From Trueperaceae bacterium (GTDB lineage Bacteria; Deinococcota; Deinococci; Deinococcales; Trueperaceae), in assembly GCA_040905465.1 (NCBI GenBank), contig JBBDRK010000080.1, positions 36,767-69,915 of the forward strand: a DNA stretch of 33,149 nt, written 5' to 3'. Of this stretch, positions 1 through 8,450 are shown piece after piece (position 1 is the stretch's first letter; the number at the start of each line of letters is the position of its first letter). The notes under the pieces are model-generated. The model saw only the letters and a list, made by a program, of their open reading frames with translations. It was not told the DNA's origin and searched no databases. A program made the position numbers and the translations under genes.

Positions 1-771
1 GCCCGCCGGAGCGGTTCGCCGGTCTCGCTCGTCAGTGAATGACTCAGTTGTTGACGCAGTTGTTGACGCAGTTGTTGATTCTGTGGCGGTCTCAGTCGCC
101 TCAGCCGCCACCTTTGTTGCCGCCTCCGTTGCCGCCGCCTCTGTTGCCGCCCCAGGTGGCACCTCAGCGTCTGGCTCAGTCTCCGCCGCACTGGGCGCCC
201 CGGTGTATGTCGCGGCGCCTGCTTCACTTGCCGCCCCGGTCGTCGCCTCAGTCTCGGCCTCGTTGACGCTTGCTTCTTCCCCCGACTCCCGCGGCAAACC
301 GGTAGCCGACGCCGCCTCCCAGCGTCCGGCATGACGGTGAAAACGGCTATCTTCCTGCAGCGACTCGATGAGCGGGAACCCGTCCGGGAGGTCCGGATGG
401 AGGGCCCGGATCTCCGCTTCGGTTCGCGGCTTCTCGCCGAGCAGACTGTCCAGCAGCTCTCCCACCACTTTCGGGTCGCCGTAGTCGCGCCGGGATCGCC
501 GGCGAATCGCGGTCAAGGCGACACGCCCATCGGGAAGCGTCCGCATCGACACCGCGTCGTTGACCTCGAGCTTGTGCCGGCGGAAATACTCTGCCATTCC
601 GGTGACGCGCCGCGGCCCTACGGCAGTCAGATCGATTTCACGATCATCGACGGTGTCGAGTGCGGTTACAGAGCCGGACTCCGGGAAGATCTCCGCCATT
701 CGCTGCGACAGCGAAAGCTGACCGGTTCGTAGGCAGATGCGGGTCAGCGAGTAGCGGAATTCCTGGGCCAT
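1..771 (-). CDS. Hypothetical protein, 3'-truncated by the window edge; folded N-terminal region followed by an Ala/Glu/Thr low-complexity linker
   Basis: Not in the ORF track because it has no stop in the window. Hand translation from ATG at 771 (GAGGAG RBS upstream): MAQEFRYSLTRICLRTGQLSLSQRMAEIFPESG...LQEDSRFHRHAGRWEA...ESTTASTTASTTES; open to base 1; co-oriented downstream of rnr. Confidence 0.8.
   Translation of the reverse strand, partial: MAQEFRYSLTRICLRTGQLSLSQRMAEIFPESGSVTALDTVDDREIDLTAVGPRRVTGMAEYFRRHKLEVNDAVSMRTLPDGRVALTAIRRRSRRDYGDPKVVGELLDSLLGEKPRTEAEIRALHPDLPDGFPLIESLQEDSRFHRHAGRWEAASATGLPRESGEEASVNEAETEATTGAASEAGAATYTGAPSAAETEPDAEVPPGAATEAAATEAATKVAAEATETATESTTASTTASTTESFTDERDRRTAPAG
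41..76. repeat. 12-bp tandem repeat (GACGCAGTTGTT) x3, in frame, encoding STTA/STTE on the minus strand
   Basis: gactcagttgtt gacgcagttgtt gacgcagttgtt seen directly. Confidence 0.85.
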
Positions 772-869
772 CGTCGAGCTCCTCTCGCCTGGCTGCTCAG
801 CCGGTCACGGTGTGGTCTTCACAACCGAGCATACACCTATCGACTGTAGTTTCAGGATGAGGCGGGCCC

Positions 870-3449
870 TCAGCTGCGGGGGCCAGGATCGCCGAAGACC
901 AGCCGGCGACGGCGCCTGCGGCGTGGCGAAGGCACTTCGACGGCCGCGCTCGACCTCGGCTTGCCGGCAGCAGCCGCCGGCTCGAGCGACCGGTCGGGCG
1001 TGTCGGCGGTAGCCGCCTCCTTGGGGGCGCGTCCACCTCTCGGCTTGGCCACCTTGGCTTCCTTCTGCTTTTGCGGAGGCTCTTTGCTCGCTTCGGCTTC
1101 GGCCTTGCCGGCAGCCGACCGTTTGCCGCGGCGGGAACGCTTGGCCTTGGCCGGCGCCTCCGTGCTTGCGGCCGCCTGCTTGCCATCCCCGGCTGCAGCG
1201 TCGGCCTGTACCGGGGCCGGTTGCCCCGCGGACTTGCCTCGCGGCGCTTCGCGGTCCCGGCTTCCCGGCTCCTTGAGTTTCTTCGGCGCCTTGCCGCGCG
1301 GCTTCTCTTCCACCTCGACCTCGGGGAGCTCCATCCAGGACGGAACCAGGTCGATCTGGCGAACGGTAGGGTTGCTCTGGAAGATCTTGACCTCGAGGCG
1401 GTCACCCATGCGGAACTTCTTGCGGCTGTGCTTGCCCATCATCATGAGCGAATCTTCCAGGAACATGTAGTAGTCGTCATCGAGCTGCGACACGTGGATC
1501 AGGCCCTCGATGCCGTTGGGCAGCGCCACGAAGATGCCGAAATTGGTGACGCCGCTGATGACCCCGTTGAACGTCTCGCCCACGTGCTCCTTCGCCCACT
1601 TCGCGTGGAAGTAGCGGGTCAGGTCGCGTTCGGCCTCTTCCGCCAACCGTTCTCGACTCGAGGCGTGCTCGGCGAGTTTGGGAAAGTCGCTCTTCATCCG
1701 CTCCTTCAGCGTGGGCGACAGCCGGTGCTGCAGCAGCGCGCGCAAAACCCGGTGCACTACCAGGTCCGGGTAACGCCTGATGGGCGAGGTGAAGTGCAGG
1801 TAGTTCTCGAAAGCGAGTCCGAAGTGCCCGAGATTTTCAGACGAGTAACGGGCCTGCTTCAACGAGCGCAGGAGCAGGGTACTCACCAACTGCGCCTCAG
1901 GCTTGCCTGCCGCCTCCCGGAGAATCCGCTGCAGGTCCTGGGGACCGGCCGACTCCAGGTCGAGGATATAACCGAGCTTCGCCAGGGCCTTCTGGAGCGC
2001 CTGGACCTTCTCGTCGGAGGGATCCTCGTGAACCCGGTAGAGCGTGGGGATGTCCTTGTCGTGCAGCTCCTTGGCCACCAGGCGGTTGGCGAGGAGCATG
2101 AGTTCCTCGACCAACTGCCGAGCCTGATTCGACCGGATGGGCGTTAAGTGCAGTGCCCCCTCGTCGTCGACATCGACCTTTGCCTCGGTGAACTCGAAGT
2201 CGAGTGCGCCAGCTCCGATTCGCTGCTCGCGCAGCTTCTGGGTGAGGCCGATAAGCAGCTTGATGTCTCTCTCGAGCTTGCGCTTGCCGTGCGGGAGCCG
2301 GCCGCCGTCGGCGAACTCCTGCACCTCTTCGTAGGTGAGCCGGGCGTCGCTCTTGATCACCGTTTCCTTGAACCGGACACCGGTGACTTCTCCGTCGCGC
2401 GTCATGTCGACGAAGGCGGAGAGCGCCAGTCGCGCCTCCCCCTCTACCAGCGAACAGATGCCGTTGGACAGCTGCTCGGGCAGCATCGGCAGCACCTTGC
2501 CCGGCAGGTACACGCTGGTAGCACGCTCCACCGCCTCCTTGTCGAGGCTGGTGCCTTCGGCGACGTAATAGCTCACGTCGGCTATGTGCACGCCCATACG
2601 CAGGCGGGCCGACTTGCCGGTGCCCTCGAGTCGTTCCAACGATAAGGCGTCGTCGAAATCCTTGGCGTCGGCGCCGTCTATGGTGAACGTACTTATGTTG
2701 CGGTAGTCGGTCCGGCCGGTCATCAGGTCGCCGGTAACGTTCAGGGGGACCGCGGCGGCCTCGGCCACCGTGTCGGGGTCGAACTCGTCTTTCAGGTCGT
2801 ACTTGACGATGACCGCCCGCGTTTCGATCTCGGGGCTGTCGCCGTCTCCGAGATACTCCTCGACCTCGGCGAACGGCTCGTTGTCGCCTGACACCTCAGG
2901 CCACGCCATGCGCACCACGATGCGCGAACCGGCGTCGAGCTTGCCGACCGAATCCGGGGTCAGCAGGATACGCTCGCGCAGCTTGGGAGAGTCGGGCCGC
3001 AAGATAGCGTAGCCACGTGCGTATTCCAGTGTGCCCACCACCCGCTGGTGCTTACGGTCGAGGATCCGCACGACCTCGCCCGAGGTCCGGCCGTCGTCGC
3101 TGCGCATCGGATTGGGCCGTGCGACCACCCTGTCGCCGTCCCAGGCTCCGGAGAGCTTGTCGGCAGGGATGAAGAGGTCCTTGGCGCTACCACTTTCGGG
3201 AATCACGAAGCCGTAGCCGCCGGCCGTGACCTGCAGTCGACCGGTGAACAGGTTCATTTCCTGGGGCAGACCGTAGGCACGTCCGCGCGTGCGTATCAGC
3301 TTCCCTTCGTCGGTCAGTTCGCCCAACAGCTTGCGTAACCCGGTCCGGTCCTCGAGTTTGAGTTGCTTCTGGATGTCCTGCACGTGCCAGGGTCTTTCCG
3401 GATGCTGCTTGAAGAAGTCATAGATATTGTCCCTATTAATACCGTCCAT
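870..3449 (-). CDS. rnr: Ribonuclease R
   Basis: N-terminal HTH and cold-shock domains, RNB motifs TIDGADAKDFDDAL, VHIADVS, YLHFTSPIRRYPDLVVHR, S1 domain (GVTNFGIFV...EGLIHVS), basic disordered tail. Confidence 0.96.
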   Translation of the reverse strand: MDGINRDNIYDFFKQHPERPWHVQDIQKQLKLEDRTGLRKLLGELTDEGKLIRTRGRAYGLPQEMNLFTGRLQVTAGGYGFVIPESGSAKDLFIPADKLSGAWDGDRVVARPNPMRSDDGRTSGEVVRILDRKHQRVVGTLEYARGYAILRPDSPKLRERILLTPDSVGKLDAGSRIVVRMAWPEVSGDNEPFAEVEEYLGDGDSPEIETRAVIVKYDLKDEFDPDTVAEAAAVPLNVTGDLMTGRTDYRNISTFTIDGADAKDFDDALSLERLEGTGKSARLRMGVHIADVSYYVAEGTSLDKEAVERATSVYLPGKVLPMLPEQLSNGICSLVEGEARLALSAFVDMTRDGEVTGVRFKETVIKSDARLTYEEVQEFADGGRLPHGKRKLERDIKLLIGLTQKLREQRIGAGALDFEFTEAKVDVDDEGALHLTPIRSNQARQLVEELMLLANRLVAKELHDKDIPTLYRVHEDPSDEKVQALQKALAKLGYILDLESAGPQDLQRILREAAGKPEAQLVSTLLLRSLKQARYSSENLGHFGLAFENYLHFTSPIRRYPDLVVHRVLRALLQHRLSPTLKERMKSDFPKLAEHASSRERLAEEAERDLTRYFHAKWAKEHVGETFNGVISGVTNFGIFVALPNGIEGLIHVSQLDDDYYMFLEDSLMMMGKHSRKKFRMGDRLEVKIFQSNPTVRQIDLVPSWMELPEVEVEEKPRGKAPKKLKEPGSRDREAPRGKSAGQPAPVQADAAAGDGKQAAASTEAPAKAKRSRRGKRSAAGKAEAEASKEPPQKQKEAKVAKPRGGRAPKEAATADTPDRSLEPAAAAGKPRSSAAVEVPSPRRRRRRRLVFGDPGPRS

Positions 3450-3614
3450 TGGCTCCAGTCTAGCCCGCCTGCGGACGGCAACCCGTCAGCCAGCGCAAAT
3501 TCTGGCCGCCGAGGGGCGCGGCGCCGTGCGAGCCGCTCTCGCACCGATCGCGTGGGCGCCCTCACGGCCGGCAGGGAATGCGATACCACGCCGACGATCG
3601 CCCATAATGACCGC

Positions 3615-3992
3615 ATGGCAAATAGCGCGGTTAGATCCGTCTACATGACCTTCCCCGACGAGGCGGCGGCGCTCGACGTTGCGGGCGCCCTCTTGAGCGA
3701 GAGCCTCATCGCCTGCGCCAACATCTTCCCCGCCGGCCGCTCGCTCTACCGCTGGCAGGGCGAGGTCGTCGACGAGGCGGAGGTCGTAGTTATAGTCAAG
3801 AGCACCTCCGGCCTCCTCGAGCGACTGGTTTCCCGGGTAAACGACCTTCACCCCTACGACACGCCATGCGTGGTTGCCCTGGCGTGCGACGGAGGCGACC
3901 GGCGCTACCTCGACTGGGTCGAGGAGCAGACGGCCACGGGCAGCCGCCCGGGTAACCGCGCGGCAATCGGTGAAGGTCCCGAATTCGACTAG
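3615..3992 (+). CDS. cutA: Divalent-cation tolerance protein CutA
   Basis: LIACANI, SLYRWQGEV, HPYDTPCVV, YLDWV motifs. Start placed at ATG 3615 because the upstream extension overlaps rnr. Confidence 0.92.
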   Translation: MANSAVRSVYMTFPDEAAALDVAGALLSESLIACANIFPAGRSLYRWQGEVVDEAEVVVIVKSTSGLLERLVSRVNDLHPYDTPCVVALACDGGDRRYLDWVEEQTATGSRPGNRAAIGEGPEFD

Positions 3993-4143
3993 GGCCGACC
4001 AGGCCCGCACAGAGCTTACTAGGCGTCAAGCCACTGAAGCCTGTGCCCTCCAGGGGATACCGTCGATGCCAAGGGCAACGTTGCCACTGCCTTCGGCCAG
4101 TTTCGGCCGTTCCGAAACTCTGCTCGAACAATGGGGGGAACAT

Positions 4144-4512
4144 ATGGCAAACCAGGAAATCCGCAAGACCATGTCGGCTTCGACGCTGATTGGTGACCGC
4201 GTCGACAACGCCCAGGGGGACAAGTTAGGCGACCTGAAGGAGATAATGGTGGACGTCGACTCCGGCAGGGTTGCCTACGCGGTGCTGGACTTCGGCGGCT
4301 TCCTGGGAATGGGAGACAAGTTCTTCGCCGTTCCCTGGCAGGCGTTCGCGGTAGACGAGTCGAACCACCGGATGATCCTCAACGTCGAGAAGGATACGCT
4401 CGAGCAGGCGGAAGGGTTCGACAAGAACGACTGGCCCGACACGAGCAACCCCGAGTGGGGCCGGAAAATCCACAAGCATTACGGCTACACACCCTACTGG
4501 GAAGAGATCTGA
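4144..4512 (+). CDS. PRC-barrel domain protein
   Basis: SASTLIGDRVDNAQGDKLGDLKEIMVDVDSGRVAYAVLDFGGFLGMGDKFFAVPW; GGGGGA RBS before ATG 4144. Confidence 0.92.
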   Translation: MANQEIRKTMSASTLIGDRVDNAQGDKLGDLKEIMVDVDSGRVAYAVLDFGGFLGMGDKFFAVPWQAFAVDESNHRMILNVEKDTLEQAEGFDKNDWPDTSNPEWGRKIHKHYGYTPYWEEI

Positions 4513-4547
4513 CGCTCGGCTGGAACGCCGATTCAACAGCAGACGCT

Positions 4548-4578
4548 TGCGCCCGGTGACGGTTTGTTACCGGGCGCA
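4548..4578. terminator. 13-bp hairpin between convergent genes, probable terminator
   Basis: tgcgcccggtgac-ggttt-gttaccgggcgca (one G-U pair); no strong U-tract. Confidence 0.55.
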
Positions 4579-4590
4579 GTCGTTGCACCA

Positions 4591-4679
4591 GTTCGCTCTT
4601 GGGGCGCGCGGGCAGTTGCGCACGTCCTGGTCGAAGCGAACTACATCCTAGGTTCGCTCTTGGGGCGCGTCGTCAGTTG
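4591..4679. repeat. Two copies of a 28-bp direct repeat, period 61 bp
   Basis: gttcgctcttggggcgcgcgggcagttg (4591-4618) vs gttcgctcttggggcgcgtcgtcagttg (4652-4679); first 18 nt identical, 3 mismatches overall. Confidence 0.8.
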
Positions 4680-4915
4680 AGCCGCTCGAGATTCCCGCTA
4701 CGAGGCTCGAGCTCCAGCCGCACGGCTTCGCGCCTGGCGATGTCCATCGCCTCCGGGTAATCCCTGGCGTAGACGAGTACCTGGCGGACCGCTCTTTGGG
4801 AGAAGCGGTCACTCATGGGAAACAGGTCGATCGTATAGCTGGATCTGTTCGTGGGGTCTCCCCACACGGTCAAGAGGTTCACGGGGGCAATCTCCCTCCG
4901 GCCCGTGCCGAGCAT
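4673..4915 (-). CDS. Small hypothetical protein (80 aa)
   Basis: ATG start, protein-like composition, fills the gap downstream of the polyprenyl synthase on the same strand. Confidence 0.6.
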   Translation of the reverse strand: MLGTGRREIAPVNLLTVWGDPTNRSSYTIDLFPMSDRFSQRAVRQVLVYARDYPEAMDIARREAVRLELEPRSGNLERLN

Positions 4916-5024
4916 GGGCGCTGAACCTTTCTACCGCGAATAGACGGCGGCCGATGGGAAATGACCTACCCGTGCGAGCAGCTCGGATCGGTCCCGGCGG
5001 CCGGCCGTCCCAATCCTGCGGCTC

Positions 5025-5999
5025 TTACGAAGCCCGCTCCAGCTCGCGCGCGGCCAGTGCAGCCAACGCCCGCCGGGGAGGTCCGTCGGGGAAAACCGCC
5101 AGGGCGTCTATAGCCGACCGCGATTCGTCGGCTATTCGCTCGCGGGTCAGAGCATCCACGCCGGAAGCGCGAACCAGGTCCGCCATCGCTTCCGGGTCCC
5201 CCGGGTCGGACGCTCGCCTCCTCACGATCTCCCGTGCCTCGCCCACCCCGCGCTCCAGCAGGAGCAGGACCGGAAACGTGACCTTGCCTTCGCGGAGGTC
5301 GCCCCCGGTGGGCTTCCCCAAGCCGCCCTCGTCACCCATCAGATCCAGGAAGTCGTCCTGCATCTGAAACGCCCTGCCGTAGCGCATACCGAACGAACGA
5401 AGCGCGTCGCGCTCCGCTTGTGGCGCGCCGGCCAGCACCGCCACTCCCTCGAGCGCCGCGGCGATCAGCTCCGCAGTCTTGGCCTCGATTACCCGCCAGT
5501 AACCGTCCATCGAAAAACTCTCGAGCGCGGCCATCTCGTACTGCAGAACCTCGCCCTCACAGACCCGGGCGGCGGCGTTCGACACCAGGAGGGTGAACTC
5601 GGCATTGTCCGCGTGCGCGAGCAGGCGTAGGACCCGAGCCAGGATGTAATCGCCCGACATCACGCTCACCACGTTGCCGTATCGGCGGAACGCCGCCTCA
5701 CGGCCTCGGCGCACCTCGGCGCCGTCGATCAGGTCGTCGTGCAGCAGCGACGCCGAGTGCAGCAACTCGACCGTGAGCGCAACCTGCTGGCCGACCTCCG
5801 GTTCGGCTCGGAGCAGACGAGTGGCCAGGAAGGCGAGCGACGGCCGCAACCGCTTGCCGCCGGCCGCCACGAGGTCGTTGGCGATCGCCTGAATGAACTC
5901 CACGCGGCTCTCCAGCTCGCTGGCGAGGCGCTTCTCGAAGAGGCGGAGGTCGTCGTTGATCAGTTCCAACACAGCAGGGCACAGTATACCGAGCGACAA
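5025..5999 (-). CDS. Long-chain trans-polyprenyl diphosphate synthase (IspB/HepT family)
   Basis: GGKRLRP, FARM SASLLHDDLID with RRG, KTA, SARM FQMQDDFLD, GKPTGGDLREGKVT. Small Ala five residues before the FARM suggests a long-chain product. Start uncertain by ~10 codons. Confidence 0.92.
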   Translation of the reverse strand: MSLGILCPAVLELINDDLRLFEKRLASELESRVEFIQAIANDLVAAGGKRLRPSLAFLATRLLRAEPEVGQQVALTVELLHSASLLHDDLIDGAEVRRGREAAFRRYGNVVSVMSGDYILARVLRLLAHADNAEFTLLVSNAAARVCEGEVLQYEMAALESFSMDGYWRVIEAKTAELIAAALEGVAVLAGAPQAERDALRSFGMRYGRAFQMQDDFLDLMGDEGGLGKPTGGDLREGKVTFPVLLLLERGVGEAREIVRRRASDPGDPEAMADLVRASGVDALTRERIADESRSAIDALAVFPDGPPRRALAALAARELERAS

Positions 6000-6140
6000 T
6001 GCCCGGCCGCTCCGCCGCGGCCTCGCGGCCTCAACAGTCGGACCGGGAGCGAGTCCCGTCCAGACGGCTCGATAGCGGCCGGCGCCCGACCATATGGATG
6101 GCGGGGCACCGGCACCGGCGTGAGCCCAGGAGGCAGGGGC

Positions 6141-6722
6141 TCAGCTGGGAGGCGATATCCAGAGTTTGTACGGTTGCGTCTCGAACGGCTGGCCGTCGTT
6201 CGTCATCCCGACGAACGTAATCTCGGCGTACCAGTCCGTGGGGAAGTATCCGGTGACCACAGCCTCGTCGATATGCCGTTCGGCGATTCCGCCGGTCAGG
6301 AGCATGTAGGTCTCGGTGGTCACGACCTCGGGTCCCGGTGCGATCACGGCACCATCGGAGAGGATGGTGCAGCCGCGTACCGCGTCCGGCTCAGCGCACT
6401 GGATTCCGGGCGGAACGAAAAGGCTCATGGTCTGCTCAGGCAGGTTGCCCACGACACTCGGGCTCTGCTCGTTGCCTGCGCTGTCGAAGTAGGCGATCTG
6501 GAAGCCGGTCAGGTACACGCCGTTGGCGCCAGCCGAGTTCCTGAACCGAATGGCGTTCTGTTGGATGGTGATGACGCCTGATGTATCCACGGTATATCCG
6601 AGGTTGCCCGTCGGCTCGAGTGCGACCTGCATTCGCTGGCTGGTAAGGGTCAGCAACCCACAGCCGCTGAGCAATACGCCGATTAGCAGAATGATTGGTA
6701 CGAAGACGGCCCTACGCTTCAT
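6141..6722 (-). CDS. Uncharacterised lipoprotein
   Basis: MKRRAVFVPIILLIGVLLSG-C lipobox; AGGAG RBS; ATGA overlap with the rex stop codon. Confidence 0.85.
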   Translation of the reverse strand: MKRRAVFVPIILLIGVLLSGCGLLTLTSQRMQVALEPTGNLGYTVDTSGVITIQQNAIRFRNSAGANGVYLTGFQIAYFDSAGNEQSPSVVGNLPEQTMSLFVPPGIQCAEPDAVRGCTILSDGAVIAPGPEVVTTETYMLLTGGIAERHIDEAVVTGYFPTDWYAEITFVGMTNDGQPFETQPYKLWISPPS

Positions 6723-7360
6723 GCGCGCTCCTCCTTGAGCTGTGGCTTCTGAATATAAAATGCCAGCCGCTTCAGGCCAGCCAAAAAATCCACAGCTTCC
6801 ACGTGAACTTCTTCCGGCACGTCGATGACAGTCGGCGCGAAATTGAGAATTCCCGTCACGCCCGCGCCGACCAGGGCATCGGCCGCAACCTGGGCGGCGT
6901 GCTGCGGAACGGTTATGAAGCCGATGTCGAGCCGCCTTTCCTTCGCCAGGCGCGGCAATTCGTCCGGGTGGGCGATCTCGATACCGGAGATGACGGTGCC
7001 GATCTTGTCGTCGTCGGTATCGAAGAACGCTCGCACGATGAAGGCGTACTGATCGAAGTTCGGGTAGTCGGCGATGGCCTGGCCCAAGCGGCCCATTCCC
7101 ACTATCGCCACGTGCCACGGGCGGGTGAGTCCCAGAATCTTGTGCAATTCGTCCCGCAACGTATTCACGGAGTAACCGGCGCCGCGGGTGCCGAAGCGCC
7201 CGAACAGGGTGAGGTCCTTGCGCACCTGATTGGGCGACACCTGCGCGCCCGCCGCCAGGCGTTCGCTCGAAGTCGTCGTTACGCCGGCACGCTCCAGCTG
7301 GCCCACCACACGCAGGTAAGTCACGAGACGACTGACAGCCGCACTCGGAATCGCCGGCAT
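6719..7360 (-). CDS. rex: Redox-sensing transcriptional repressor Rex
   Basis: IPSAAVSRLVTYLR, QVRKDLTLFGRFGTRGAGY winged HTH, IVGMGRLGQA Rossmann fold, GILNFAP. Confidence 0.96.
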   Translation of the reverse strand: MPAIPSAAVSRLVTYLRVVGQLERAGVTTTSSERLAAGAQVSPNQVRKDLTLFGRFGTRGAGYSVNTLRDELHKILGLTRPWHVAIVGMGRLGQAIADYPNFDQYAFIVRAFFDTDDDKIGTVISGIEIAHPDELPRLAKERRLDIGFITVPQHAAQVAADALVGAGVTGILNFAPTVIDVPEEVHVEAVDFLAGLKRLAFYIQKPQLKEERA

Positions 7361-8421
7361 CAGCGTGGGAAGTGTTCGATACCCTGTTCGTTCAGCAGCG
7401 AGCGCGCGGCCGTGAGCTCGTCCCCGGCAAAAGGACCGACCAACAGCTTTACCAGGTTGCCTTCGCTGCGCTCGGTCACCCGGAAGCCGATGCCCTCCAA
7501 CCGGTTCCGCTGCGGTTCGGCGCTGCCTGCGCTGCCGTACGCGCCGACCTGCAGAAAACGCGCGCCTGCAGCCTGACTGGCGGTGGGTTGGGGAGCAGGT
7601 GCGGAGGCGGCGGGGGCCGGCGCCGGGCCCGACTGCTCCCGGCTCGAGGCCGTCCGGTCGGCTGTCTCCTCCGGCCGAAAGCGGTAGATCACCGGTTCGA
7701 TCTGGAAATCACCGGAGCGAATACGTGCGGCAATGCGCTCCGCTTCCGCCTGATCGTCGTACGGACCCACGAGGACTATGGACAGGTCGCCCTGGCTGCC
7801 GATGAACACCGGATAGCCCGCCGCGCGAAACGCGGCCGCCTGACGCTCGGCGTTCTCCTCGGAGGAGAAGGCGCCTACCGAGATACGGTACAGGCCCTCG
7901 GCCTCACCGGAGGTCGATGCGGACTGGGCCGGTGTTACAGCGGTCGAATCCTGCCCCGCCATGTCACTGTCAGCCGTCCCGCCCGTGTTGGCTGCGGCGT
8001 TTGCGTTCGTGCCGGTGGCCGCATCGCCACCGTTGGCCGCGCTTTGGGCCCGGTCGCTGCTGTTCGCGCTCGCCTCGCCGGCACCCGGAATCGGCAAGGC
8101 GGTCACCTCGACGCCGCCCTGTGGCGCAACTTCCCCGGTCCCGGTCCCGTTCGCCGCGCTGGCAGCGCCGGCGTTCCCGGCACTATCGCGGGAAGCGCCG
8201 GGCAGGTTCGAGGTGGAGCCGGCCTGAGCCGCGCCGGTGAGCGAGGTACCCGCGGCGGTCGACGACGACTGCGACGACCGCGGACGGTCGCTGGTGCTGT
8301 CGGACTGGCCGAGCGGAAAGAACGAACCGCCGGTCAGGAGAGTGGCGATGATGCCCGCGATCACAGCCACCAGGGCGATTCCGATCAACATGTCGGGCCA
8401 ATTACGTCTTATCCAGTCCAT
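7360..8421 (-). CDS. Membrane-anchored SPOR-domain protein (two SPOR domains; FtsN-like layout)
   Basis: N-terminal TM helix, long Ala/Gly/Ser/Thr linker, YRISVGAFSSEENA...VLVGPY and LQVGAYGSAGSA...LLVGPF SPOR motifs. Confidence 0.88.
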   Translation of the reverse strand: MDWIRRNWPDMLIGIALVAVIAGIIATLLTGGSFFPLGQSDSTSDRPRSSQSSSTAAGTSLTGAAQAGSTSNLPGASRDSAGNAGAASAANGTGTGEVAPQGGVEVTALPIPGAGEASANSSDRAQSAANGGDAATGTNANAAANTGGTADSDMAGQDSTAVTPAQSASTSGEAEGLYRISVGAFSSEENAERQAAAFRAAGYPVFIGSQGDLSIVLVGPYDDQAEAERIAARIRSGDFQIEPVIYRFRPEETADRTASSREQSGPAPAPAASAPAPQPTASQAAGARFLQVGAYGSAGSAEPQRNRLEGIGFRVTERSEGNLVKLLVGPFAGDELTAARSLLNEQGIEHFPR

Positions 8422-8450
8422 TATCCCCCGATTCTATCCGCATCCATATA

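Noticed and set aside
35-860. Plus-strand ORFs 35-334, 39-266, 331-732, 660-860
   Set aside because: Antisense shadows of the minus-strand gene starting at 771; their repeats merely mirror its low-complexity linker.
3363-3614. N-terminal extensions in the ORF track for cutA (also PRC-barrel, glgC, lipoprotein, TPR, khtT-like and GGDEF genes)
   Set aside because: They overlap neighbouring genes or promoters; downstream ATGs coincide with where the family domain or signal peptide begins.
4591-4679. CRISPR array
   Set aside because: Only two imperfect copies, no third at 4530 or 4713, no AT-rich leader, no cas genes, and one copy overlaps a stop codon.
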